This document shows, in pieces, positions 27,630 to 38,120 of a stretch of 64,000 bases of DNA. Each line of letters opens with the position of its first letter. Position 1 is the stretch's first letter. The notes beneath the pieces are model-generated. The model was given only the letters and a program-made list of their open reading frames with translations, was not told where the DNA came from and searched no databases. This DNA is from Bdellovibrionia bacterium (GTDB lineage: Bacteria > Bdellovibrionota > Bdellovibrionia > Bdellovibrionales > UBA1609), in the NCBI GenBank assembly GCA_030432925.1, contig JAUILT010000001.1, positions 13,468 through 77,467 of the forward strand, in the 5' to 3' direction. A program made the translations under genes and the position numbers.

Positions 27630-29438
27630 CTATCGAAGAAATAGGTGAAAAGAGGGCTCTTTGTCCACAGAGCCCTTCTGGTCAACATTAAACAAGGCAA
27701 TCACCTCAGTAGTAACCCCTGAACGGATATTGAAAACCACTAGGTCTGAATTTTCAATAATCTGGTGCAATCCCCGGCCGGCCCCCCCTTTGTTGATCTG
27801 AAACTTTCCAGCCTCTCCTGTGTAGCAACTCTCCAAGTAATTTAAAATGGTCTCACCTTTAAGGCTCCCATTGGGATCTTGCACCGATACGGCCATCAGC
27901 ATTCCATCCGTAGCGTAACGAAGCTTGGCCTGATGCTCAGGACCTAGTTCTACTTTTGTTTTTCTATCTAAATGATTGTAAATAGCTTTGCCATTTTCAT
28001 CGGTAGGGGCATCATAAATAGCGTTCATTAACAACTCTTCCAAAACTAACCCAGCACGATCTCTATTTGCTCTCCGAATTCCCAGTTTTTCAAAGTACTC
28101 TTCTACGCTGCCAATTAAACTTGCTCGTTGATCACTACTTACAATATCGAGTTCACGAATTTCTACACCCCAAGACAAATATTTATCTGGTCCAAAAATA
28201 TCTTGGCTTGTTAGTTTTGAAACACTAGTTACAATATTCTTCATGGTAAAGGCTCTGTCCTCAGAACTACGAGACACGATATTTGGCATATAAGTCATGC
28301 TCTTTACCTGCTGAAGGTAATTGGGAACACTATCTGCAGTCATCAATACAACTTTAGATGTTGGACTTATTGATGGAACCTTATTGATAAAGTCAAACAT
28401 AGTTTCATCAGCAAAAATAATATCAAATGTAGATTTGGATATTGCCTCTTCAGCTTCTTCAGGGGTTGTTGCAATTTCCAATTGAGCTCCTGTTCCCCCT
28501 AACGCCATTTTTGCCAAAATTTGCTGCTTTTTCTGAGAATCAGCTAACAGGACCTTTTGCTGTTCCATAGCCTGTTCTGCTCGAAAAAGCTCTGTGATTG
28601 GCTCCAATAAACCGATGGTTTCCAGAACTTCGTGACCAGCTAGCTTGACCTCAGCCAATGATTCTTCAGGTACCTCCATCTCAAGAGTATCTAAAGTAAG
28701 CCTTAAAGGAATGAGGTGATCTTTATAAAGCTCTTCCAATTTTTTAAAAGTCATTTTCTTGGTCGAATAAAGCTCTTCTAGTTTTCTATGAGAAGCCAGA
28801 AGTTCCACATTTTGAGTTTCAAGTTTAGAATGTGAATTGATTAAATCTTGGGTTTTTCGATAAAGATCCTGAGTTCTTTGCTCTACCTTCTTTTCTAGTT
28901 TTTCATTAGCAATTTCCAACTCAGCCTTAGTGACCTCTAGCTCTTCATTGATATGTTCAATTTTTTTAGCTTTTTGGTTTGTAGCATGTAACTTATCTAC
29001 TAGGACACTGGCATAGATTTTATAAAGTGTGTGGCGAAGCCTGTCTCGGTCACCTTTACTGAAGTTATTAATATCGTTAATCCCTATACGAAATAACTCA
29101 ACAGAATCTTCCGCACGAATAGTTGCTGAGCAGGCTTTACCCTGAATTACACTCATTTCACCAATTAAATCACCAAAAGTTTCTAATTCAGCGACTTTTC
29201 CATCGTCCACATAGACGCCAATTTTACCTGAGATAATCAAATAAATACTGGAGTTAAACTGCCCTTGCTTTAAAATATCTTCACCGTTTTCAAAACGCAC
29301 CACATTGGTGATTTCAGCAATTTCAAAGAGTAATTCATCTGGAAAGTCTGCAAAGAAACAAACTTCACGCAACCGTTGAGCCATCTGTATGATCACCGGG
29401 CTGTGATTGGAAATTTCAGACTTTTTTGCTGCTCCCAT
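27630..29438 (-). CDS. signalling protein: cNMP-binding domain, coiled coil, receiver-like domain, RsbW/SpoIIAB-like GHKL ATPase domain
   Basis: N-terminal 'FADFPDELLFEIA...GDLIGEMSVIQGKACSATI'. A long heptad region follows, then 'VLLADS...IIFADE...VVLMTAD'. The C-terminus has 'LVLEELLMNAIYDAP' and 'GGAGRGLHQI'. Confidence 0.7.
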   Translation of the reverse strand: MGAAKKSEISNHSPVIIQMAQRLREVCFFADFPDELLFEIAEITNVVRFENGEDILKQGQFNSSIYLIISGKIGVYVDDGKVAELETFGDLIGEMSVIQGKACSATIRAEDSVELFRIGINDINNFSKGDRDRLRHTLYKIYASVLVDKLHATNQKAKKIEHINEELEVTKAELEIANEKLEKKVEQRTQDLYRKTQDLINSHSKLETQNVELLASHRKLEELYSTKKMTFKKLEELYKDHLIPLRLTLDTLEMEVPEESLAEVKLAGHEVLETIGLLEPITELFRAEQAMEQQKVLLADSQKKQQILAKMALGGTGAQLEIATTPEEAEEAISKSTFDIIFADETMFDFINKVPSISPTSKVVLMTADSVPNYLQQVKSMTYMPNIVSRSSEDRAFTMKNIVTSVSKLTSQDIFGPDKYLSWGVEIRELDIVSSDQRASLIGSVEEYFEKLGIRRANRDRAGLVLEELLMNAIYDAPTDENGKAIYNHLDRKTKVELGPEHQAKLRYATDGMLMAVSVQDPNGSLKGETILNYLESCYTGEAGKFQINKGGAGRGLHQIIENSDLVVFNIRSGVTTEVIALFNVDQKGSVDKEPSFHLFLR

Positions 29439-29661
29439 GCTTCTCCACTGTGGATGAACTCAAGTAAATTATAACTACAATAAGGTTATCGACACTCCAC
29501 ATCGCCGCCTTAAAGAACTCCTCGACCAGTGGACGATCTAGAAATCAATTGTAGACCTAGGTCCTAAGCCCTACACACGGCTGACTTCCGGCACTGATTT
29601 TGTAGCTCCCCAGCCAGATGGAATAACCTTACAGCCCGTTGATCTCTATAAGGAGGTTCAT

Positions 29662-30105
29662 TTGGATTTAAAGCAAAGTACAGATGATCAATACAAAAAG
29701 AGAGTGACAATTTTTGTCGTATACTTGCTGTTATTGGGACTCAGTCAGGCCTCTTCGACATGGGCCACAACTGAAGATGATGATGCTGATTTTAGTATTA
29801 AGAGGCCATTGCCCTTAAGACCTTTTGGAGGTCCCAATACAACTAAAAATAAATATAGAAGTAACAGTACAGATGAGCCAAAAAGACGTGATAAATATAA
29901 GTGGGATAAAAGCAAAGGCCACACAGCCCCAAGTATAAAGGCCAACGAGCGGTTTGGAAAAACTGAAGGTAAAGTGGAATTTCGCCTTGTTCATGACACT
30001 CTGATTAAAAAAACTCTTCAGAAAAAAAATAAGACCGGAAAAAACTTTTCAAAAGCTCCTCTACTCCCCAATCTTGATACGAATAAAAGATCTTACAAGC
30101 CCTAG
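29662..30105 (+). CDS. hypothetical basic secreted protein
   Basis: TTG start 5 nt after the strong RBS AAGGAGG (29650-29656). Hydrophobic signal 'IFVVYLLLLGLSQASS'. Confidence 0.4.
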   Translation: MDLKQSTDDQYKKRVTIFVVYLLLLGLSQASSTWATTEDDDADFSIKRPLPLRPFGGPNTTKNKYRSNSTDEPKRRDKYKWDKSKGHTAPSIKANERFGKTEGKVEFRLVHDTLIKKTLQKKNKTGKNFSKAPLLPNLDTNKRSYKP

Positions 30106-30135
30106 TATCTCAACCAGTAAAGTCTGGCCGAGACA

Positions 30136-32631
30136 CTAACTTTCATGAGGGCGTCGAACCACCATCTCAGGACCTGTCTCAGGCAGCCCTCCAGGGCCAT
30201 ACTCATGGCTATTAAATGAGTCCACTTGAATGGCATCGTAACGCAACATTTCGGCTTCTTTAATCACCTCCAACTCTTGTTGTGAGATAATTTTTTTCTC
30301 AACAGCCAAATCCAACACACTCACTATGCGACCTTTGGGCAGTTCTTTTTTACGTATGGCTTTTTTTATTTTCTTCTCTACTGGCTCTGCTTCACGAATT
30401 TTATAGTAAGCCCGCTCCATACGGCCTAAGCCTTCATTGGGATCTTTAGGAATATAAATGCCTCGACTTAACACTTCACGAACACTCTCATCTGTGAGCA
30501 TTCCACGAACTACCCGATGCCCCATTTCATCACTTGGTTCAAAGCTCATAGTATTGAACCGAGACCACCAACGGATAGGTCCCTTAAAGAAAAGTCCCAA
30601 AATCGGGATGTCCATGTTAGCAAAAATACCATCGAAAGCTATTTGAATGTTGTGAAAAGCAACTGCCATAGAGTAATGAAATAGAGGTTCATGCTCTTTT
30701 TTTCTTCCATCAGCATCAAATTTTTTGAGCATAGCAGAGGCTATGAACATCCAGATCAAGATATCTGCAAATCGACCAGTGAGCTTCTCTTTGATTTTTA
30801 ACTGCCCACCCAATAGCCCCATAGCTAAGTCCGCTAAAATAGCAAAACTGGCCGAAGCCCAAGCCAATTTTTTAAAGTACCTCTTACTAGGACCACTGTG
30901 AGGGCTGGTCGCCAAACACCCTCTAGTAAAGCTTAACACCACAGAACGTAAGGTATTTCTAACAATGTGTCCAATATGCCCCCAAAAAGCTTTATCAAAA
31001 GCTTTAAGGTCATTGTTTTCAATGGCATCTACCTCTTTAAAGGCAAATGGGTGAGCTCTCAAAGCCCCTTGGCCAAAAATCATCAATGTACGAGTTAAGA
31101 TATTTGCTCCCTCCACCGTAATGCTGATGGGAATAGCAATCCAACCAGTGGCAATACTATTTCTAGGCCCCATAGAAATAGCAGCTCCGCCAAGAACATC
31201 CATTCCCTCTTTTAGAGTTTCTCTTGCCATTTCTGTACATGCAAACTTTGCCATAGCCGTAACAACAGGAGGGGCTATACCTTGATCCAGAGCACTCAAC
31301 ACATACTGAGACATAGCTTCTGTATGATAAGTTTTTGCTGCAATACGAGCCATAGGCTCTTCTACGCCTTCAAACTTTCCGATAGGGAGACCAAACTGCT
31401 TTCGAATTACAGCATGATTTGAAACCAAACGGGAAACCAGTTTATTCCCTCCAGCACTTTGTGCTGGAAGACTGATTCCACGACCAGCCCCCAGCGACTC
31501 CATTAACATGCCCCAACCTTTTCCAGCATTAACTAGCCCACCAATAATACATTCTTCAGCATCAACAATGACATCCTTGCCTTCCATTGGACAATTATGA
31601 AAAGGAATACTCAAGGGGTCATGCCTTAACCCCAATGATATACCGTCCAGATGAGAGGGAATTAGAGCACAAGTGATACCAATATCTTCCCCTTTCCCCA
31701 AAAGGTTTTCCGGGTCACGCAACTGAAAAGCCAAACCAATGAGAGTAGAGATGCTCGCCAAAGTAATCCAGCGCTTGCGCCAGTTCAATTTGATTTTTAT
31801 ACGACCATCACTATCTTTAAATAGAACTCCTGAAGATGTAATACTCCCTGCATCGCTTCCCGCCATAGGTTCAGTCAGACCAAAACATGGAATCTCTGTT
31901 CCGTTTGCTAAACGCGGTAAGTATTTGTTCTTTTGCTCATCTGTTCCGTAATGATTGAGCAGCTCTGCCGGTCCTAATGAGTTGGGAACCATAATAGTAA
32001 TACTTGCTGGAATTGAACGCGATGAAACTTTTTGCAAAATCATTGAGTGGGCGGTATGGGAAAAACCTAGGCCTCCATACTCTTTAGGGATAATCATTCC
32101 AAGAAACTTTTTCTCTTTCATGAAATCAAAAACTTCAGCCTGCATCTCGCGAGTCTTCCAAAACTTCCAATCATCAATCAAACGACAAAGCTCGTTCGCC
32201 TCGTTATCTAAAAACTTTTGCTCTTCATCAGATAACTTTCCGTAAGGCTGATCCATCATTTTTTTAAAATCTGGCTTCCCACTAAATAGCTCTGCTTCCA
32301 TCCATACAACTCCGGCTTCAAGGGCCGTCCGCTCCGTATCAGAAATCTTGGGAATCAATTGCAATGCCTTCATGACTTTCATGACTCCACTAGATACAAT
32401 GGCTTGCCTCAGGGGTTGAATGTTAAATAGTAGTAACACCATTGCCAGAGCATAGATCATAACCGGAGGCGCTGAGTACCCAATGGCAACAGCTACAAGA
32501 TACAAGGACCAAACCACCAATGGGGACCCCATATAACCGATGGTAATTCCAGCAACCACCACGCCAATTAAAGTTGGCCAACAGTAAGCTGCGTTGGTGA
32601 GTATTCCATAAAAAGGACCGAGAAATTCCAT
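30136..32631 (-). CDS. fadE: large acyl-CoA dehydrogenase (FadE type)
   Basis: 831 aa with an N-terminal membrane region. 'GLTEPMAGSDAGS'. RBS AAGGAGA. Confidence 0.85.
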   Translation of the reverse strand: MEFLGPFYGILTNAAYCWPTLIGVVVAGITIGYMGSPLVVWSLYLVAVAIGYSAPPVMIYALAMVLLLFNIQPLRQAIVSSGVMKVMKALQLIPKISDTERTALEAGVVWMEAELFSGKPDFKKMMDQPYGKLSDEEQKFLDNEANELCRLIDDWKFWKTREMQAEVFDFMKEKKFLGMIIPKEYGGLGFSHTAHSMILQKVSSRSIPASITIMVPNSLGPAELLNHYGTDEQKNKYLPRLANGTEIPCFGLTEPMAGSDAGSITSSGVLFKDSDGRIKIKLNWRKRWITLASISTLIGLAFQLRDPENLLGKGEDIGITCALIPSHLDGISLGLRHDPLSIPFHNCPMEGKDVIVDAEECIIGGLVNAGKGWGMLMESLGAGRGISLPAQSAGGNKLVSRLVSNHAVIRKQFGLPIGKFEGVEEPMARIAAKTYHTEAMSQYVLSALDQGIAPPVVTAMAKFACTEMARETLKEGMDVLGGAAISMGPRNSIATGWIAIPISITVEGANILTRTLMIFGQGALRAHPFAFKEVDAIENNDLKAFDKAFWGHIGHIVRNTLRSVVLSFTRGCLATSPHSGPSKRYFKKLAWASASFAILADLAMGLLGGQLKIKEKLTGRFADILIWMFIASAMLKKFDADGRKKEHEPLFHYSMAVAFHNIQIAFDGIFANMDIPILGLFFKGPIRWWSRFNTMSFEPSDEMGHRVVRGMLTDESVREVLSRGIYIPKDPNEGLGRMERAYYKIREAEPVEKKIKKAIRKKELPKGRIVSVLDLAVEKKIISQQELEVIKEAEMLRYDAIQVDSFNSHEYGPGGLPETGPEMVVRRPHES

Positions 32632-32765
32632 GGGAGTCTCCTTGCTGATTTCAGCTCATATGATACCAATTATAGGAGTAATTTTAATCATATTCTAGCA
32701 TTTATTCTTGCCCCTTTCTCAATAGTTTGAGACCATGGTCTTGGTGACCACGGGGGGCATACATC

Positions 32766-33917
32766 ATGAAACTCTTCTGTTTGATAGGGCTGTTTATAAC
32801 CCTCCAAGCCGTACCGGCCTTTTCCTATTATGATGAGTTTGTCATTGGCTCCTCCGCAGATAAGTTCACCTTGAAAAAACAACCTGATGGCAACTACTAT
32901 GTGGGAAATAAAAAAGTTCAACTTGGCTCCTTCAACGATTTTATTTATTTATTCGGCACTGAGATTGCTGGCGCCTGTCCTCAACTCAACAAAAAACCAG
33001 ATATCACTATTATTGCCAAACGCTTCAAGACTGATGCCATGGGGGATACAAAAACCAATAAATCCGAAAGACAATTCTTTCTAGATAAAAAAATTGTTAA
33101 AGGCGATCAGGGCTGTGCACCTATTACTGGCGATGGTATCTATTATCTTCCTATGCACAAATACTGGTTCACTGGCGAAACAGTTTTATCCTTACCTAAA
33201 ATACAAACCCTCAGAATTGAAAAAGACGGCATTGTTCTAGCTCATGTAAAAAATAATAAAGACACCCTTGAGGCCCATGAAGATATAGAAGGCATGAACT
33301 GGGAGTTTTTTAATAATTTCAAAGGCTCCCTTCAAAAATTTCCGATTTTTGCAAGGCTTCACCCCACTATAGGAAAAGGCAAGCCCACCTTCACTATGAC
33401 TGTGAACAATCGCGAGTACCAAGCCTACTACGTAGCCAGGAATCTCTGGGCCATGAAGTTTCCTAAATCTCCCTGGCTAGTGGCTTCGCAACAGTGGTCC
33501 ACTTGGGAAGACATGCGACAAGAACTATGGAAAGACCGACACTTTGACCTAATACAAGCGTTCACCAACCCAAAAAATCCTCCTGACAAGCGCTATGCCA
33601 GCATGCAAGACTTAGGAAGTCGCTGGTCCCCGTCCATCAAAAAATCTCTACAAAAAATCATTAAAAACCCCACCAACCCTAAAGAACTCCGATCCTTAGC
33701 TCTTCGTCACCTCAAGCAAAAACCGAGCCTTGATAACTTCAAGGCCATGATTCAAGCTCTTGAAGTCACCGAGGACCGAGACCTTTTGACTCAGCTGACA
33801 AAAACACTAAAAATCCGAAACCCTAAAGGGCCCGTGATTGAGGAAACTACCGCTGACGAAAATGTACAAAAAGCTATTGCACAATGGCTCCAGTGGTGGA
33901 AAAAAATTGATCAGTAA
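32766..33917 (+). CDS. hypothetical secreted protein
   Basis: Signal peptide MKLFCLIGLFITLQAVPAFS. No recognised motif; the C-terminus is helical-repeat-like. Confidence 0.55.
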   Translation: MKLFCLIGLFITLQAVPAFSYYDEFVIGSSADKFTLKKQPDGNYYVGNKKVQLGSFNDFIYLFGTEIAGACPQLNKKPDITIIAKRFKTDAMGDTKTNKSERQFFLDKKIVKGDQGCAPITGDGIYYLPMHKYWFTGETVLSLPKIQTLRIEKDGIVLAHVKNNKDTLEAHEDIEGMNWEFFNNFKGSLQKFPIFARLHPTIGKGKPTFTMTVNNREYQAYYVARNLWAMKFPKSPWLVASQQWSTWEDMRQELWKDRHFDLIQAFTNPKNPPDKRYASMQDLGSRWSPSIKKSLQKIIKNPTNPKELRSLALRHLKQKPSLDNFKAMIQALEVTEDRDLLTQLTKTLKIRNPKGPVIEETTADENVQKAIAQWLQWWKKIDQ

Positions 33918-35166
33918 AAAGATTCTTCTCAACAAAAAAACTCTCAGTTGGGCTCTCTATGATTGGGGGAATTCCGCATTCGCCACCACAGTCATTGCAG
34001 GTTTTTTTCCGATTTTTTTTAAATCCTATTGGGCTCATGATGTATCTCCCCAAGACTCTACATTTTATTTGGGCCTAAGCAACTCCATAAGTAGTTTCTC
34101 TCTCGCTCTATTGGCTCCTTTCCTTGGTTATTTAGCTGATCAAGGTCGCTGTAAAAAACAGTTTTTATCAGGCTTTGCAGCTTTGGGGATTCTCTGCACA
34201 GCCTGTTTGTTTTTTCTCTCCCAAGGGCAAATGTTTTTGGCCTGTACGCTCTTTGCCTTGGCGTCTTTAGGCTTTTCTGGTGGAAATATATTCTATGACG
34301 GCTTAATTGTGGATATCTCTGACAAAAAGTGGTTTCACATAGTTTCTGGGTATGGTTATGCCCTTGGCTACCTTGGCGGAGGTTTATTATTTGCTGTCAA
34401 TGTAGCTATGACTCTAAAACCAGAGTTATTTGGTCTTGCTGATAAAGTCGAGGCTGTTCAAGTGAGTTTTTTAACAGTTGCTGTCTGGTGGTTGGCGTTT
34501 ACCGTTCCTTTAATTCTCAATATCCATGAAGAAAGGGGACAACGCCAACATTTACCCCTCTTGCAAGGCCTAAGAGAGTTTATTTCCACACTCAGGACTA
34601 TGATCCATAATCGACCACTGATTTTATTCTTTGTAGCCTATTTATTTTATATTGATGGCGTCAATACGACCATTAAGATGGCCGTGGATTATGGCATGTC
34701 TCTTGGGTTTGAATCAACTCACCTAATTACAGCTCTGCTTATAGTTCAATTTATCGGCTTTCCTGCTGCTATTGGCTTTGGATTTTTGGGACAAAAAGTG
34801 GGCGCTCGACCAGGAATTTTTTTAGCCATAGGGGTTTACGTACTGGTTATTATTGGTGGCTACTTTATGCAAGAGCCCATACACTTTTATCTTATGGCCA
34901 TAGCTATAGGGTGTGTTCAAGGCGGAATTCAGTCCCTGAGCCGCTCTTTTTATGCAGAAATGATTCCTTCTGAAAAATCTGGAGAATTTTTTGGCATATT
35001 CAACATGGTCGGCAAATTCTCCGCTATTCTAGGGCCCATGGCAGTAGGCCTAGTCAGTCACGCAACAGGAAGCTCTCGTTTGTCCATTTTAGTGCTGTTG
35101 ATCTTTTTTGGTATCGGCGCTTTACTATTATACAAAGTCACTGAAGGAGAAACAAAAACCACATGA
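33862..35166 (+). CDS. MFS transporter, UMF1/Atg22-like family
   Basis: 'LSWALYDWGNSAFATTVIAGFFPIFFK' and 12 predicted helices. The start is uncertain: TTG 33838, ATG 33862, or TTG 33907 preceded by GGTGGA. Confidence 0.8.
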   Translation: MYKKLLHNGSSGGKKLISKKILLNKKTLSWALYDWGNSAFATTVIAGFFPIFFKSYWAHDVSPQDSTFYLGLSNSISSFSLALLAPFLGYLADQGRCKKQFLSGFAALGILCTACLFFLSQGQMFLACTLFALASLGFSGGNIFYDGLIVDISDKKWFHIVSGYGYALGYLGGGLLFAVNVAMTLKPELFGLADKVEAVQVSFLTVAVWWLAFTVPLILNIHEERGQRQHLPLLQGLREFISTLRTMIHNRPLILFFVAYLFYIDGVNTTIKMAVDYGMSLGFESTHLITALLIVQFIGFPAAIGFGFLGQKVGARPGIFLAIGVYVLVIIGGYFMQEPIHFYLMAIAIGCVQGGIQSLSRSFYAEMIPSEKSGEFFGIFNMVGKFSAILGPMAVGLVSHATGSSRLSILVLLIFFGIGALLLYKVTEGETKTT

Positions 35167-38090
35167 GAATACTTGTGTTAATTGGGATGATGATATCAGG
35201 AGGATTCCCTTGTTGGACTTCAGCCCAATTGGACCCTTCTCTCTCTTGGAGAGTGATTGAAACAGATCATTTTGAGGTGATTTACTCCACCTCTTATAAC
35301 GAACTCGCCCGTGTTTACGCCTATGAGGCCGAACAAAGTTATACAAGCCTGAAGCCTGTATTTGGAGAAGTCACAGAGAAAACCATTGTTGTTATTGTGG
35401 ATAATACAGACCTTACTAATGGCTACGCTCATTTTCTTCCCTACCCGCACATAGTGCTCTTTCCCGTGCTTCCAGGAGATCTAACAACTATTAACTACTT
35501 TGATAACTGGGCCCGAGATCTCATGATTCATGAATATACTCATATTCTCAGTCTTCAGCCCTCCAATGGGTTTTATACACCATTAAGGTGGATTTTTGGA
35601 ACTATTGTCCGCCCCAATGCGATTTTACCAAGGTGGTTTCTTGAGGGTGTCGCTGTGCAAGTGGAAAGTCGCTATACGGCCAAAGGAAGACTGAACAACC
35701 CAGCCACAATGGGCGTTCTTCGAGCCATGGTCAAGGACAATACACTTCAAGAAAATAGCCTCGATAAAATCAATGAAACTGACATCCCTACTTACCCCTT
35801 TGGACGACGCCCCTATTTATTTGGATCTCTTTTATGGCAAGAAATGCTTGAGAAAGCAAAACCTGGTTTAGTAGAGCGTCTGCACCAACGTCACTCTCGT
35901 AGACTACCATTTTTGCTGAATACCCCCATCAATGATGAGACTGGAAGCACTTACGCTCAGCTTTTGCATGACCGTTATCAAAAAATTACTGAAAATGCCC
36001 AACGACAAATTCGCTATCTAAAGTCTTCCGGAGACTTCAGCGGTAAGAGAATAAAGACGCTTAATGGCAACACTCATATATCTCCAAAAGTCAGCCCCAA
36101 CGGGCAGCACCTGATATTTATTAACTATGACACCAAAGCAGGATCTCGCATTCAGATCCTCTCTAAAACCGATCAAACCAGCGATTCATTTCAAAGAATA
36201 AAAGCTAAAAATCTATTGACCTCTTCAGGAACACAAAGGCTTGACTGGTTCCCTGATTCAAAGAAGTTTATTTACGAAAAAGTAGGACGCTGGAAACGTT
36301 ATTATTACTTTTCTGATCTCTATATCTACGATATGGAGAAAAAAACATCTGAGAGACTCACCCATGGAGCTCGAGCTCGTGAGGCAGCAGTATCTCCTAA
36401 TGGCACTCACCTGGCTTTTGTCTCCTTAAAAGGTGCTCGCACTTCACTCTCTATTTTAAATTTATCTGACAAATCCACCTCTCAACTCTTTCAACCGGCA
36501 GCATTCAATCGCATCAGTTCTCCACTTTGGTTAAGCCCCCAGCGCTTAGCCTTCATCGGCCGAAGTAAAAAAGGAGGAGCTCAATCTCTTTATGCCTATG
36601 ATCTCAATACGGATAAAACAAAAGTCATCGGCAAACCCAGGAAACTACTTACCAAGTTCCACCACATCTCACAACCAGTAATGACCAATGCTGGACTCCT
36701 TTTTGTATCTCATGATTCAGGTGTCGCCAATTTATATCTGGCACCCAAACCCTTTAACCGAGCCTGGGCCATTTCTAATTCTCTAACTCATGTCCTTAAT
36801 GGAGATATGGACCCTCAATCCAAAGATATCATATTTTCTCAGTCCACAGGCAGTGGGCCCAAGCTACACACTCTGCGCAATCAAAAACCTGTGCACCTTA
36901 AACGTCTAAAAAAATCTGCTGTTAAAAATTTAAAACCTTTAGGTCCTGTGTCCAAGCGAGACTCCAAATCAGTGCGCATGGAAGAGGAGGATTTTTGGGG
37001 TATTGAGTACCTTCTTCCTCGCTATTGGATTCCGTTTGTATTTCCCATCGAAGGGGGGGCTATTTTTCAAGGCTCTGTTGCGGCCAATGATCCACTGAAT
37101 ATCAATACCTGGTACCTCAATGGATCTGTTGATACGGTCACAGAGAAGGTCAGTTACGGAGTGGGGTACTTCAATCAAAGCACTCCCATAGGGCTAGGAC
37201 TTGATTATGCTGAGTTTCAAAATTTTCTTCCCGGAACAGATCTTGTACTCACTCACCGTTTTGCCGCTGCTTCTACAAGTTTTTTTCTCCCATGGCTGTC
37301 ATATAAATGGCGTGGATATTTGAGCTATGTTTATGAGGAAACTGAAATCCCATCAAAAACTTTAAAAGGGTCTGGCCCTAGTGTTGGATTTATCTATTCC
37401 GGCTCCGAGCAAGATGTAAATACTACTGAAACCACACAAAATAGCTCTCTCGTTTCCGTTACTCATACCGAATATCTGGAACAAAGTAGTCACTACAGCT
37501 TTGGCCGTACTCGCGCCCACCTTTATAAATCTTCAAACTTATTTCTTCCCCAAACCCATTCACTAAACCTACATATAAAAGGTTCGCACAGCCCACTCAT
37601 GAACTCAAATCATATTATTCCGTTGGGAGATAAAACTGTCGGTGGAAATTATCTAGTAAATATTATCAATAGCTCCTATATCATGAGGGGTTATCCCACT
37701 GGAGCCTTTGCAGGAAAAATCCTGGTCAATACAAATATAGAATACAAGTTCCCACTTAACGATATTTATAAAACAAATGACTTATTCCCATTGTTTTTCA
37801 AAAATCTAACTTCAACAATTTTTCTCGATGGTGTCGCTGTTGATGGAGGCTATCTTGATAGCAACACAGAAAATTACGAAACCTCTACCATCGAAGAACC
37901 CTTCTGGTCTACAGGTATAGAATTTAATATAAACACAACAGTGGCCTACCACCTACCTGTGACATTCACTCTTGGTCTGTATTATGGTTTCACTGAAAAA
38001 TCTGGCGGCGGCTTTACACCCTTTATAAGCCTTGGTTACACAGGTCACGGTGGTGTGGACACTAACAAAAGTCCCCATTCACAGAAATAA
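35163..38090 (+). CDS. fusion protein: HExxH peptidase-like domain, TolB-like beta-propeller, C-terminal Omp85/D15-like beta-barrel
   Basis: The ATG overlaps the MFS stop (ATGA). It has a signal peptide and 'ARDLMIHEYTHIL'. PD40-type repeats are 'ISPKVSPNGQHLIFINYD' and 'AAVSPNGTHLAFVS'. The C-terminus has 'ILVNTNIEYKFPL'. Confidence 0.75.
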   Translation: MRILVLIGMMISGGFPCWTSAQLDPSLSWRVIETDHFEVIYSTSYNELARVYAYEAEQSYTSLKPVFGEVTEKTIVVIVDNTDLTNGYAHFLPYPHIVLFPVLPGDLTTINYFDNWARDLMIHEYTHILSLQPSNGFYTPLRWIFGTIVRPNAILPRWFLEGVAVQVESRYTAKGRLNNPATMGVLRAMVKDNTLQENSLDKINETDIPTYPFGRRPYLFGSLLWQEMLEKAKPGLVERLHQRHSRRLPFLLNTPINDETGSTYAQLLHDRYQKITENAQRQIRYLKSSGDFSGKRIKTLNGNTHISPKVSPNGQHLIFINYDTKAGSRIQILSKTDQTSDSFQRIKAKNLLTSSGTQRLDWFPDSKKFIYEKVGRWKRYYYFSDLYIYDMEKKTSERLTHGARAREAAVSPNGTHLAFVSLKGARTSLSILNLSDKSTSQLFQPAAFNRISSPLWLSPQRLAFIGRSKKGGAQSLYAYDLNTDKTKVIGKPRKLLTKFHHISQPVMTNAGLLFVSHDSGVANLYLAPKPFNRAWAISNSLTHVLNGDMDPQSKDIIFSQSTGSGPKLHTLRNQKPVHLKRLKKSAVKNLKPLGPVSKRDSKSVRMEEEDFWGIEYLLPRYWIPFVFPIEGGAIFQGSVAANDPLNINTWYLNGSVDTVTEKVSYGVGYFNQSTPIGLGLDYAEFQNFLPGTDLVLTHRFAAASTSFFLPWLSYKWRGYLSYVYEETEIPSKTLKGSGPSVGFIYSGSEQDVNTTETTQNSSLVSVTHTEYLEQSSHYSFGRTRAHLYKSSNLFLPQTHSLNLHIKGSHSPLMNSNHIIPLGDKTVGGNYLVNIINSSYIMRGYPTGAFAGKILVNTNIEYKFPLNDIYKTNDLFPLFFKNLTSTIFLDGVAVDGGYLDSNTENYETSTIEEPFWSTGIEFNINTTVAYHLPVTFTLGLYYGFTEKSGGGFTPFISLGYTGHGGVDTNKSPHSQK

Positions 38091-38120
38091 AATACACTCA
38101 CCGAGTCAGTATAACTAACT

